Assembly (NCBI GenBank): GCA_963666275.2 | Contig: CAXXOA010000001.1 | Span: forward strand, 1,984,001 to 2,048,000 | Source of the DNA: Oceanispirochaeta sp. | GTDB taxonomy: Bacteria; Spirochaetota; Spirochaetia; DSM-2461 | Direction: 5' to 3' | DNA length: 64,000 nt | Shown here: in pieces, positions 9,883-19,489 of the stretch | Position numbering within the stretch: position 1 is the stretch's first letter | Layout: each line of letters opens with the position of its first letter | Program-made: the position numbers and the translations under genes | The notes under the pieces: model-generated | Told to the model about the DNA's origin: nothing | What the model saw: only the letters and a program-made list of their open reading frames with translations | Databases searched by the model: none

Positions 9883-10115
9883 TAGTCCAGAATTTCCAGC
9901 ACAAATCTCTTACCGGTTTTATTTGCGGAAGCACTGAGAATAGTTCTCACAGCTTTAGCAATTCGACCGTGCTTGCCGATGACTTTTCCAATATCATCTT
10001 CAGCTACCTTCAATTCCAGAATCGTAGACTTTTCCCCTTCAATCTGATTTACAAAAACAGATTCGGAATCATCTACTAAAGATCTGGCTATAAATTCAAC
10101 TAATTCTTTTTCCAC
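9882..10115 (-). CDS. khpA: KH-domain RNA-binding protein
   Basis: DIGKVIGKHGRIAKAVR. Confidence 0.9.
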   Translation of the reverse strand: MEKELVEFIARSLVDDSESVFVNQIEGEKSTILELKVAEDDIGKVIGKHGRIAKAVRTILSASANKTGKRFVLEILD

Positions 10116-10137
10116 AATAACTCCCGAAAGCTAAAAA

Positions 10138-10383
10138 TTAAAGGTAAAATTTGTTTTTATTCAGAAGTTTCCGTACAGTATCAGTAGGCTGAGCACCCTT
10201 ATCGAGCCACTCTCTGATTTTTGTTTCTGAAAATTTTACCTGACGCTCTTCAGCTTCTACCGGATGATAGTAACCAACCTCATCAATTGTTCTTCCATCT
10301 CTGGGTGCTCTTGCATCCATAACAACTATTCTGTAATAAGGGCGTTTTTTCGCACCCATTCTTTTTAAACGTATCTTAACCAC
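10138..10383 (-). CDS. rpsP: 30S ribosomal protein S16
   Basis: [20 protein letters not shown]...GAQPTDTV. Confidence 0.97.
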   Translation of the reverse strand: MVKIRLKRMGAKKRPYYRIVVMDARAPRDGRTIDEVGYYHPVEAEERQVKFSETKIREWLDKGAQPTDTVRKLLNKNKFYL

Positions 10384-10401
10384 TTAACAATTCTCCTAAG
10401 T

Positions 10402-11736
10402 TTAAGACATACCGCCCAGCTGATTCATCAACTGAGCCTGATATTTTTTGTTTTTGCTGATTTTCTTCATCATCAGCCGCATTTTCTCAAAATTCTTCAG
10501 AAGTTTGTTCACATCAGCAACAGTTGAGCCGCTACCCAGGGCAATTCGCCTTTTCCGGGGTGGTCCAATGATTCTGTGATTCCGTCTCTCCTGAAAAGTC
10601 ATTGAGAGAATAATCGCTTCCTCACGTTTCAGAGCATTTTCGTCAATATCATCTTCACTCACTTTCCCTGCCAATCCGGGAAGCATGCCAAGAAGTGATT
10701 GAACACTGCCCATTTTACGCATTTTCTGAAACTGATCGAGGTAATCTTCCAGCGTAAAAGTCGCTGTTGCCATTTTCCTCTGCAGTTCCAGAGCATCTTC
10801 TTCAGAAGCCTGCTCCTGAGCCTTTTCTACAAGGGAGACTATATCACCCATCCCGAGGATACGGGAAGCAATACGCTCCGGATAGAAAGGTTCAAGATCA
10901 TCTATTTTTTCACCGACTCCGATAAACTTAATTGGTTTCCCTGTGATGCTCTTGAGGGAAAGAGCAGCACCGCCGCGTGTATCGGAGTCAAATTTGCTTA
11001 GTATCACACCGCTGATATCAAGTTCTTCGTTAAAAGTCTTGGCAATATCAACAGCACTCTGACCGGTCATGGAATCTGCCACGAGCAGAGTTTCTTCAGG
11101 GTTGACCGCTTTTTTGATATCATGAATTTCCTTCATCATATCCTGATCAATCTGAAGACGACCGGCTGTATCTATAATGACAGCATTATATTGAAATTTC
11201 TTTGCATGTTTAAGAGCATTCTTTGCCACTTTCAGGGCATTTTTGGTGCTCTCCTTATATACATCTACCCCTATCTGTTCTCCCAGAACCGACAGCTGAT
11301 CTACCGCTGCGGGACGTACAAGGTCACAGGCGACAAGAAGAGGCTTTCTCCCCTCTTTTTTAAGCCTGGCTGCCAGTTTCGCCGCAGAAGTTGTTTTACC
11401 TGACCCCTGGAGTCCCAGAAAAAGGATTGAAGAGACAGTATCGGGGCCTTTTAGCTCCAGGTCCTGTCTGGAATCTCCCAGCAGTTTAACCATCCTGTCA
11501 TGGACGATTTTAATAAACATCTGACTGGGATCAACTGCCTTGAGAACTTTTTCTCCCCGGGCTTCCTCAATCGTTCTGTTAACAAAGCGCCTTACCACCC
11601 GGACATTGACGTCAGCATCCAGAAGGGCAAGTTTTATATCATTAACAGCATCTTCTATATTTTTATCTGAAATTTTTCCTTTTCCTGAAAGCTGTCTGGA
11701 AATATCGGAAAATTTTTCTGTTAGTTTATCAAGCAT
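10402..11736 (-). CDS. ffh: Signal recognition particle protein
   Basis: GLQGSGKTT, DTAGR, RILGMGD, Met-rich M domain. Confidence 0.97.
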   Translation of the reverse strand: MLDKLTEKFSDISRQLSGKGKISDKNIEDAVNDIKLALLDADVNVRVVRRFVNRTIEEARGEKVLKAVDPSQMFIKIVHDRMVKLLGDSRQDLELKGPDTVSSILFLGLQGSGKTTSAAKLAARLKKEGRKPLLVACDLVRPAAVDQLSVLGEQIGVDVYKESTKNALKVAKNALKHAKKFQYNAVIIDTAGRLQIDQDMMKEIHDIKKAVNPEETLLVADSMTGQSAVDIAKTFNEELDISGVILSKFDSDTRGGAALSLKSITGKPIKFIGVGEKIDDLEPFYPERIASRILGMGDIVSLVEKAQEQASEEDALELQRKMATATFTLEDYLDQFQKMRKMGSVQSLLGMLPGLAGKVSEDDIDENALKREEAIILSMTFQERRNHRIIGPPRKRRIALGSGSTVADVNKLLKNFEKMRLMMKKISKNKKYQAQLMNQLGGMS

Positions 11737-11769
11737 ATAACTTTAGTAAATCCCGCAAAAAGTTTTGAT

Positions 11770-11798
11770 TTTATACCGCGTTATGAAAAAACTGTCAA
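11770..11798 (-). promoter_or_regulatory. sigma70 promoter of the ffh operon
   Basis: TTGACA-N17-TATAAA on the minus strand. Confidence 0.7.
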
Positions 11799-11822
11799 CA
11801 CGGAGTGATGTAAACCATGACA

Positions 11823-13373
11823 TTATTGAACTTTAAAGTAGTGTCTGTCAAGATAACGAAGCCTTTCTTCGGCCTGAAATTTTTCCATGGAAACCGGATA
11901 GGTCTCAATCAGATAGAGATAGATATCCCGGGCTCTTTCAAGAGACTGATTCTCTCCCGGAAGTTCATACTGCCAGCCCAGGTTTATCAGTTCATCAGGG
12001 GTATAGCTGTCCAGGTTTTCACTCTTTTCCTCACCATCTCTGTTCTGACCGGGTAATTCCTCCGCTTCGGGTTCTTCCATGACTGGGGGAAGCTCCGCTT
12101 CAGTCTCAGCCGTGTCCTGGTTCATACGGTTCAGCTCTTCCCTGTCACTATCTGTGAACAGTTCCTCCTCCGAAAGCGGATCCGGAATATCACTACCGGT
12201 GCTCTCAGGCGAAGACTGGCTGAATATATCCTGATCTGTCAGAGCAAGAGAGTACTGCAGGTTTTCACCGTTCTGAAGATCCTGTTTCATCAGGATAATT
12301 CTTATATCCCCGCTGTTATCATCCAGTCTGAAAATAAAATCCGTCGTACCACGGGAAGGATCATATATTTTATCAGTCAGCTGTAGAGAACCTTCCTCCA
12401 TCCGGGAACTGAGAAAGATCCATCCGGACCCCTCCAGGGAGAGCAGGAGGCGCCCCAGATGATCTCTTCGGGTCGAAAAACTTCCATCTTCCAGTTTCAG
12501 GAGAACCTCTGAATCGGCTTCCCGTTCCTCTTCAGAAGGACCGGGACTATCCAGAAGACTCTCTTTATCTACTGAAGGATCCCACTGTTCCACAGGTATA
12601 TCCCCGTAATCAGGGGCAGCTTTTCCAGCAGGTTCCTCCTGATTCTCAATCAGAGGATTTTGGGGAAAAGGATCAAATTCCGAGGGAAGATCTTCCGTGA
12701 CAGCGGGCTCTTCCGTGACAGCAGGTTCTTCCGTGACAGCAGGTTCTTCCGTGACAGCAGGTTCTTCCGTGACAGCAGGTTCTTCCGTGACAGCAGGTTC
12801 TTCCGTGACAGCGGGTTCTTCCGTGACAGCGGGTTCTTCCGTGACAGCGGGTTCTTCCGTGACAGCAGGTTCTTCTGTGACAGCGGGTTCTTCCGTGACA
12901 GCAGGTTCTTCTGTGACAGCAGGTTCTTCCGTGACAGCAGGTTCTTCCGTGACAGCAGGTTCTTCCATGACAGCAGGTTCTTCCGTGACAGCGGGTTCTT
13001 CCGTGACAGCGGGTTCTTCCGTGACAGCGGGTTCTTCCGTGACAGCGGGTTCTTCCGTGACAGCGGGTGCTTCATTGTTCAGCAGATTCTCGGCTTCTTT
13101 GGGTTTTCCTTTTAAAACAGGCTCATTTTTCGGCTTTTTCGCTGTTTCCTCTTCTGAAGGCTCCCCTGCCTCCTGAGACGCAGCCTCTTCGGCATCTGCC
13201 TGAGGAAACTCCCCATGGGAGAATTCCCCTTCTGTCTCTCCGGAAGTGACCCCTTCTTCCATCTGGTTCTGATTTTCCGGACTCTCATCTGTCCCGGAGG
13301 GATCTGTACCGGCCGTCTGACAACTGAAGAAAAGAGCCATAGAAATGAAACCGATTATAAGACTTTTTTTCAT
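11823..13373 (-). CDS. Acidic lipoprotein with 21 PAVTEE repeats and C-terminal TPR/BamD-like helices
   Basis: LFFSC lipobox; C-terminal LERARDIYLYLIETYP...AEERLRYL. Confidence 0.75.
   Translation of the reverse strand: MKKSLIIGFISMALFFSCQTAGTDPSGTDESPENQNQMEEGVTSGETEGEFSHGEFPQADAEEAASQEAGEPSEEETAKKPKNEPVLKGKPKEAENLLNNEAPAVTEEPAVTEEPAVTEEPAVTEEPAVTEEPAVMEEPAVTEEPAVTEEPAVTEEPAVTEEPAVTEEPAVTEEPAVTEEPAVTEEPAVTEEPAVTEEPAVTEEPAVTEEPAVTEEPAVTEEPAVTEDLPSEFDPFPQNPLIENQEEPAGKAAPDYGDIPVEQWDPSVDKESLLDSPGPSEEEREADSEVLLKLEDGSFSTRRDHLGRLLLSLEGSGWIFLSSRMEEGSLQLTDKIYDPSRGTTDFIFRLDDNSGDIRIILMKQDLQNGENLQYSLALTDQDIFSQSSPESTGSDIPDPLSEEELFTDSDREELNRMNQDTAETEAELPPVMEEPEAEELPGQNRDGEEKSENLDSYTPDELINLGWQYELPGENQSLERARDIYLYLIETYPVSMEKFQAEERLRYLDRHYFKVQ
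12690..13067. repeat. Coding tandem repeat, 21 x 18 bp (TTCTTCCGTGACAGCRGG on +)
   Basis: 378 bp of contiguous units with no spacers; one unit encodes PAVMEE and the last encodes PAVTED. Confidence 0.97.
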
Positions 13374-13385
13374 GGATCCTTTTCC

Positions 13386-13781
13386 CTATGGGGCATCCTT
13401 CAGAATATCCCAGATCAGTTCATGATTTGCTTTGCTAAAATAGTCAATGTCACTTCTGTCAGCGGGAATCCAGAATTCACGGACCTTTTCCCGGGGCCAG
13501 GGAATCTCAGTCGACCTGTACAGCTCCATATCAAGATTCAACTGTTCCAGATTTTCAAAAAAAAGGAGATTGCTCTGGGCCATATCTGCAATAGCTTCAT
13601 CCAGCTTTTCCAGGTTATAGGCCATTTTCTGTTCTTCCGCAGTATTTATTTTTTTGTCGTTCACGAAATCTCTGATCACCAGAAATCCTGCAATGAGAAA
13701 AGAGAGAGACAAAGCGGAGATTCCCATAATGATGAAAACTCTCGGTTTCAGATCCTTCAGATATCTTTTAAACAGGGGCAT
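13386..13781 (-). CDS. Hypothetical single-pass membrane protein
   Basis: One N-terminal TM helix; overlaps the smc stop. Confidence 0.7.
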   Translation of the reverse strand: MPLFKRYLKDLKPRVFIIMGISALSLSFLIAGFLVIRDFVNDKKINTAEEQKMAYNLEKLDEAIADMAQSNLLFFENLEQLNLDMELYRSTEIPWPREKVREFWIPADRSDIDYFSKANHELIWDILKDAP

Positions 13782-16560
13782 TACTCAACTCTCCGATCTT
13801 CATTGCCAGCAGCTTTGAAATTCCGGATTCCTGCATAGTGATACCCAGCAGTGTTTTTGCGCCGGTTACCGTTTTTTTATTGTGAGTGATCACTATGAAT
13901 TGGGATTTGGATCCGAACTCGATCAGAACATTCACAAACCTCTGAATATTGGCATCATCCAGAGCCGCATCAATCTCATCCAGAATACAGAAAGGCGATG
14001 GTTTTACAACATAGGTGGCAAAAAGGAGTGCAACAGCGGTCAGACTCCTTTCTCCTCCGGAAAGAAGGGAAATATTCTCCAGTTTCTTACCCGGAGGCTG
14101 GGCATAAATTTCTATACCAGATTCAAGCACATTATCCGTATCAAGAAGTTTCAGTTCTGCTCTTCCGCCTCCGAACATGCGCCTGAAAATATCATGAAAA
14201 TGAGTTTTGATCTCATTGTATGTTTTGATAAAAAGCTGCGTGGACTCCTTCTGAATTTCTGCTGTAACCATCTGCAGATTTTCCTTTGCCTGTTCCAGGT
14301 CATTCAGCTGGGTCGTCAGAAAATCATACCGTTCTTTCACCTCGATAAACTCTTCAGGTGCCATCAGGTTTACCTGACCGAGGGATTTAATCTTATCTTT
14401 CGCTGAGGCCTGTTCTGATCTCAGATCCTGTCTTGTGGCCGTAATTTCCGGTAGCCTGTCCAGATATTTATTGATATCCGACGCATTGTTGTCTCTGAAA
14501 TCCTGGCAGAGATCTTCAATCTCCTCCTGGAGATGACTTTTTTCCAGAGAGTGTTTTTCCAGAGCCAGGAGAAGTTCCTGAAGTTTTGAGTTCTTATCTT
14601 TCAGCTCCCCCTCTTTGCCCGAAACATCTTTATTCCTGCTGTGTATGGATGTTTCCAGTTCTTTCAGGCTTTTCTGAAGAGACTGTTTATTTTCTTCAAG
14701 GTTTTTGAGCTGTTCCTCTGATTCTGTAATGCTTTTACGGGTCTCTGCGATCCTTTTTTCAAGACGGGTGATTTCTTCAAGATTCTGCCTGAGCATTTCA
14801 TCAAAACCGCTCTTCTCAACTTCCAGACTCTTCAGATTATCCTCAATAGCTGAAACCTGTGTTGCCATTCTGGCCTGATTGACCCTGAGATCCTCCAGGG
14901 TTTTTCTGAACTCCTGAATTTTAAGATCTAACTGACTGTTCTCTTCGTTGCATCGGTGAATCTCTTCTCTGGCTGTTTTCAGATTCTTTTTGAGAACTGA
15001 AAGTTTTTCGTCAATATCCCTTTTCTGGGTAATGATCCCCTGGGGAGCCAGAAAATCATTCAGGAAATCCGGCTCCAGGCTTGTATAACGCTGGACCTGA
15101 TCCTTCAGATTGCCCATAACATTGCGGATCTCTTTAAGACTCTTCACGCCGGAATCCCAGATCTCTGTGTCATCTTTCCGGACACCGACCTTCCCGGCAT
15201 CCTCCCAGAGAGAAAGTTTTCCGTCCAGCTGAATAATGATGGATTCCATGGATTCCTGAATCTGTTCCTTCAGGGATGATCTCTGCTTGAGAGACATACC
15301 CGACTCTTTCAGACCCGTATCGAGCTGATGGACAATATTATCTGTCAGAGACCGGAGATTTTCCTGCAGTTTCTCCTGTTCCTCTTCCCATTTGGCTATA
15401 TTATTTTCCTGTTTTTCAATGATAAGAGAATTCTCGCCTATCCGGTTTTCAGAAGACTGGATACTCTTCTGAAAATTCAGGATATTATTCTCCACGTCTT
15501 TGAGCTGATCCCGGTACTCCTGGAGTTTTTTCTTTTTTTCTTCAGATTCCTGCCGGAGAGAATCCACTTTACTGTTAATATCCTTCTCTTTCTGCTTGAG
15601 AAGTACTATCTGACTCTCTACTTCCTTATTCTGCTCTTTCAGAAGCTTGATTCTGTTGTACTGATTGTCTTTTTCAAGATCAATACCGTAAAGTTTCTTC
15701 TGATCTTCAATCAGCTGGGATTCCATTGAGTTCACTTCATCCAGATTGGAAGCGAGGTTCCCGTTAAGAGTTTCTATCTGTGTGCTCAGTTTGGATTTCT
15801 TTTCAAGAACCTTTTTATAGAGCTCATCTTTTTTGGTGAAATTTTCCTGAAGGGTTTTATACTTCAGCAGCTGAAGGTCAATTTCAATGGAGAAAAGACC
15901 TTCCCGGAGAGCCCTGTACTGCATCGTTTTTTCAGACTGCTTTTTCAGTGTGTCATAATTTTTTTTGACTTCACTCAGGATATTCTCAACCTGAACCATG
16001 TTTTCTTTGGTCCTGGCCAGTTTTCTTTCGGCCTCATGGCCTTTCATTTTAAAACGGGTAATGCCGGCGGCTTCTTCAAAAAGAGAACGCCTCTCTTCCG
16101 GTTTATTGGAAAGGACCTGATCGATCTTTCCCTGTTCCATTATGGAATAGGCTGATTTCCCGATTCCGGTGTCATAAAAGATCTCCCTCAGTTCTTTGAG
16201 CTTTACCTGGGTATTATTCACATAATACTCACTCTCACCGGTTCGGTAGAGGCGTCTTTTTATGGATATTTCGGGAAGATCAAGATCCAGGATATTCTCT
16301 TCGTTGGAAACCAGCAGAGTCACTTCTGCCACATTCAGAGCTTTACGGTTTTCTGTTCCGTTGAAGATAACATCTTCCATCTTTTCAGCACGCATATTCC
16401 TTGTGGACTGTTCTCCGAGAACCCACTTGATGGAATCCACAATATTGCTTTTACCGCAGCCGTTCGGGCCGAGAAGAGCAGTTATTCCATCGGTGAAATC
16501 AATTTGGGTTCTATCGGCAAAAGATTTAAATCCTAACAGTTCAATTCTTTTTAGAAACAC
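13768..16560 (-). CDS. smc: Chromosome segregation SMC ATPase (short form)
   Basis: GPNGCGKSN Walker A, LSGGE signature, LDEIDAALD, long coiled coil. Confidence 0.95.
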   Translation of the reverse strand: MFLKRIELLGFKSFADRTQIDFTDGITALLGPNGCGKSNIVDSIKWVLGEQSTRNMRAEKMEDVIFNGTENRKALNVAEVTLLVSNEENILDLDLPEISIKRRLYRTGESEYYVNNTQVKLKELREIFYDTGIGKSAYSIMEQGKIDQVLSNKPEERRSLFEEAAGITRFKMKGHEAERKLARTKENMVQVENILSEVKKNYDTLKKQSEKTMQYRALREGLFSIEIDLQLLKYKTLQENFTKKDELYKKVLEKKSKLSTQIETLNGNLASNLDEVNSMESQLIEDQKKLYGIDLEKDNQYNRIKLLKEQNKEVESQIVLLKQKEKDINSKVDSLRQESEEKKKKLQEYRDQLKDVENNILNFQKSIQSSENRIGENSLIIEKQENNIAKWEEEQEKLQENLRSLTDNIVHQLDTGLKESGMSLKQRSSLKEQIQESMESIIIQLDGKLSLWEDAGKVGVRKDDTEIWDSGVKSLKEIRNVMGNLKDQVQRYTSLEPDFLNDFLAPQGIITQKRDIDEKLSVLKKNLKTAREEIHRCNEENSQLDLKIQEFRKTLEDLRVNQARMATQVSAIEDNLKSLEVEKSGFDEMLRQNLEEITRLEKRIAETRKSITESEEQLKNLEENKQSLQKSLKELETSIHSRNKDVSGKEGELKDKNSKLQELLLALEKHSLEKSHLQEEIEDLCQDFRDNNASDINKYLDRLPEITATRQDLRSEQASAKDKIKSLGQVNLMAPEEFIEVKERYDFLTTQLNDLEQAKENLQMVTAEIQKESTQLFIKTYNEIKTHFHDIFRRMFGGGRAELKLLDTDNVLESGIEIYAQPPGKKLENISLLSGGERSLTAVALLFATYVVKPSPFCILDEIDAALDDANIQRFVNVLIEFGSKSQFIVITHNKKTVTGAKTLLGITMQESGISKLLAMKIGELSNAPV

Positions 16561-16682
16561 GATGCCTCCAGGGGATTATTAAACGTATCATATCATATCA
16601 GAAAATTTTATTCATCTTCTGATTTATTTTTTCTTTATTCAGGAATATTGAGATTTTGGTATGTTGAATTATTTTTTTTACT

Positions 16683-17138
16683 TTATGAGATGCGGCTTTT
16701 GATCTTATCTACAGCAGCATCAAAACCATCCAGAAATGTTTCCAGATTCCTGACAAAGACACGGATTGAAACATTTTCATAATTTTCATCCATATTGACT
16801 CTGCTTTCAGATACTGTCAGATACAGTTCTCCGGTTTTGGAAGACTTCACAAGGAAAGTGTACTTCCTTTTTCCGGAACCTGTTTTCAATTCACTCTGAA
16901 AAGGTTCGATAGATGCTTTCATTTTTCCGACGGCTTCTTCAAAATGCTGCAGGAATTTCGTCAGATCTTCCATGTAGACAATCAGGGAGAATCGTTTAAA
17001 ACTGCTGTCCCGTTTCTTACTTTCGACCAGGTTCAGAAAGAGGTCTCCGTAACGGTTCTCCTTCACATTGAAAAAATAGGTCAGACTCCCGTCATCAGCA
17101 AAACGTTTGGAAGTAAAGATTTCCCCTCTCTGTCCCAC
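16683..17138 (-). CDS. PUR-family (DUF3276) ssDNA/RNA-binding protein with two tandem repeats
   Basis: TYFFNVKENRYGDLFLNLVES...F..A repeated as KYTFLVKSSKTGELYLTVSES...F..A. Confidence 0.8.
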   Translation of the reverse strand: MGQRGEIFTSKRFADDGSLTYFFNVKENRYGDLFLNLVESKKRDSSFKRFSLIVYMEDLTKFLQHFEEAVGKMKASIEPFQSELKTGSGKRKYTFLVKSSKTGELYLTVSESRVNMDENYENVSIRVFVRNLETFLDGFDAAVDKIKSRIS

Positions 17139-17210
17139 AATAGCATCCTTCTCTTTGAATATGGCAGGATAATAGCGGATTTACCCGGCTTAGGCAACCC
17201 GCATGAACTC

Positions 17211-18605
17211 CTATTTACCAGGTTCATCAAAAACGATCAGAGTCCCTTCCGATCTGATCACGTCTCCCGGTTTCAGCTTTTTTGCTTTGACAGCTTTGTT
17301 ATTCACAAGAACTTCCGTATCGGATATGAGAGTAAACGAGTCATCCGCTTCTTTCACAATGGTGATGCCTGTCTGATTGTCCTGAATATTTTCAAAATTG
17401 TCATCATGAATGATCTCTGTCTTCCCCGAACTGACGGCAATAAGGGTTTTGTTCTCAGCCAGCTCAAGGATCGTACTGTTACCATCCGCCGGAGAGAGAA
17501 CTTCCAGATGAGAAAAGGGATAGAGTTTTTCGAAGGGCGTTTTGTGTATCACAAGGATAATCAGAATTGATACAACCGTCAGGATTGTAAAAACCCACCA
17601 GGGAAGGTTGGGCGGAAGACCCCAGAAGATCTCCCAGAGATAGGAAAACTCCTGACTCTCCCTGCTGCCGCTTGTGACTCTGAGTTTTTTTTCCCTTTCA
17701 AGAGAAACAACAGGGGTATAGGTAAGGCGAAACTCTTTATTGATACTGTCGTGTATTGCCAGATATGCATCTGTGAGATCCTCTTCGGAAAAAGCATCGA
17801 ATCCCTTTCCTCCGGTTTTCTCCGTCAGCCCTGTCAGTTCAGGATCAGGCTGACGGGCATAATAGATTGTATACAGTGTGATGCCGCTTTTCAGCAGCTT
17901 CTCCTGCAGTTCCTCCGGATCAATAAGGTTATTCCCGTAAAGAGGATGGGGCTCTTTTTTATTCTCTGCATAGGTGTAGTTTTCCCCGTCTGTCAGAAGT
18001 ACAAGGACTTTTCTGCCCTTACGGACACTCAGCTCCTCCATTCCCTTTTTCATAGCTCTATACATTTCCGTATAGGCATGATCCGCATCGGGCCTGTGGA
18101 TATTGGCAAGTGACTGAGCCAGTACGGTTCTGTCCGAGGTGAATTCATACTCTTTTTTAATATCCGTATTGAAGGTCATAAGGGAAAGGTTGTCTTTGTA
18201 TTCCTCTGTTTTCCCCAGGAGATCGGAAAGAGCGGAAATCAGGATGGAAATTCTCCTCTTTTCCGGATCTGTTTCAGAAGTTCCTGCTATGGAATCATAC
18301 ATACTCCCCGAATTATCCAGAAGCATCATGATGGAAATTTCATCCTGGGAATACCCGTTGTACTGGAACCTCCTGATATCAGCCTGTTTCCATTTTCCCT
18401 CGGAAGGGCTGTACTCGGAAAGAGTGAAATCTTCTGCCCCCAGAGCTCCCAGATCATCAGGATTTTCCCCTTTCAGAGAAACGTATACATCAACTGTCCC
18501 GCTGGTAAGGATTCCCGATGTATCCACACCGGTGATACTTATACTCTCCTCTGCAGTCACTGCGGAGCAGGTCAGGACAAGTAGAAGGATTATTTTTTTC
18601 AACAT
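17211..18605 (-). CDS. Exported vWA domain - TM - FHA-like protein
   Basis: Signal peptide, MIDAS LLDNSGSM...LLTDGE, TM (WWVFTILTVVSILIILVI), FHA-like tail VLVNN...LKPGDVI. Confidence 0.85.
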   Translation of the reverse strand: MLKKIILLLVLTCSAVTAEESISITGVDTSGILTSGTVDVYVSLKGENPDDLGALGAEDFTLSEYSPSEGKWKQADIRRFQYNGYSQDEISIMMLLDNSGSMYDSIAGTSETDPEKRRISILISALSDLLGKTEEYKDNLSLMTFNTDIKKEYEFTSDRTVLAQSLANIHRPDADHAYTEMYRAMKKGMEELSVRKGRKVLVLLTDGENYTYAENKKEPHPLYGNNLIDPEELQEKLLKSGITLYTIYYARQPDPELTGLTEKTGGKGFDAFSEEDLTDAYLAIHDSINKEFRLTYTPVVSLEREKKLRVTSGSRESQEFSYLWEIFWGLPPNLPWWVFTILTVVSILIILVIHKTPFEKLYPFSHLEVLSPADGNSTILELAENKTLIAVSSGKTEIIHDDNFENIQDNQTGITIVKEADDSFTLISDTEVLVNNKAVKAKKLKPGDVIRSEGTLIVFDEPGK

Positions 18606-19489
18606 TAGCGCACCTCGTAAAGGAACTGTATTTTTCCCAGACCGATAACGTCCTCATATTTAAGAGGACTTTCAGAAACTTCAGAATCATTGATACGGAT
18701 TTTCATGGAATCCGAATTTCTTCTGATGCTGACGACTTTCCTTTTTCTGCTTATGACGGCCACACTTTCCGGCAGGGTGTCGTCCCCGTTAATAATGATG
18801 TCGTTGCTTTTTCCCGCCCCTACAGTGATATTTCTCTGATTGAGCAGGTATTTCCTTCCCTTCTGGGGACCATTCAGAACCCTGAATGATCCATAGGAAC
18901 GTTTCTCTTCTATGATCAGATTAAGAAGTGCGGTTCCCAGACCTATGATCAGAAAACCGGGCAGCTTCAGCCAGGAATCAGAGGGAAAAAAAACCATCCC
19001 CGTTTCCACAATTGAGCCTCCGATGAGACCCGCCAGGATACCGCTCAGAAGCCCCGCCATGACCTTACTCCCCGAACGGGCCCGCATGCCTTCTGCGGTA
19101 CCGATAAAAGCGCCCAGGATACCCCAGCTGATGATTCTGGCGATATAGTAGGGCACCTGATATACGTCCATAAAAAGTCCCTCGGGCAGGATCATGGTAA
19201 ATACCATCTGTCCGGCAAATGCGCCGAGGATCCCTCCCACAGCTCCCCATAGAAGCCCCCAGAGCCACTCTCTGCGCATTTTAATGATATTCTTATGCAG
19301 GATCCCTTCCATGGAAGCGAGAACAGCACTGAGTGCAGCTCCTGTCACAGCGCCGCTTAAGAGCAGAACCATTCTGTAACCGCTCAGATAGGTCTGAAGC
19401 GACAGAACCAGCTCCAGGAGAGACCACCCGAGGATTCCTGCAGAAAAACCTAAAGCCATGCCGACAACATACTTTCCTCTTGTTTTCAT
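18605..19489 (-). CDS. Polytopic Gly-rich membrane protein with C-terminal FHA-like domain
   Basis: About 6 hydrophobic helices, then FRVLNGPQKG...RIND...LKYEDVIGLG. Confidence 0.8.
   Translation of the reverse strand: MKTRGKYVVGMALGFSAGILGWSLLELVLSLQTYLSGYRMVLLLSGAVTGAALSAVLASMEGILHKNIIKMRREWLWGLLWGAVGGILGAFAGQMVFTMILPEGLFMDVYQVPYYIARIISWGILGAFIGTAEGMRARSGSKVMAGLLSGILAGLIGGSIVETGMVFFPSDSWLKLPGFLIIGLGTALLNLIIEEKRSYGSFRVLNGPQKGRKYLLNQRNITVGAGKSNDIIINGDDTLPESVAVISRKRKVVSIRRNSDSMKIRINDSEVSESPLKYEDVIGLGKIQFLYEVR

Noticed and set aside
12690..13067. Possible CRISPR array
   Set aside because: Contiguous 18-bp units with no unique spacers, in frame within a lipoprotein gene; no cas genes in the window
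12650..13176. Alternative-frame repeat ORFs (LSRKNP, FFRDSG, VTAGSS)
   Set aside because: By-products of a stop-free 18-bp repeat; only the PAVTEE frame has an SD, a lipobox and flanking domains
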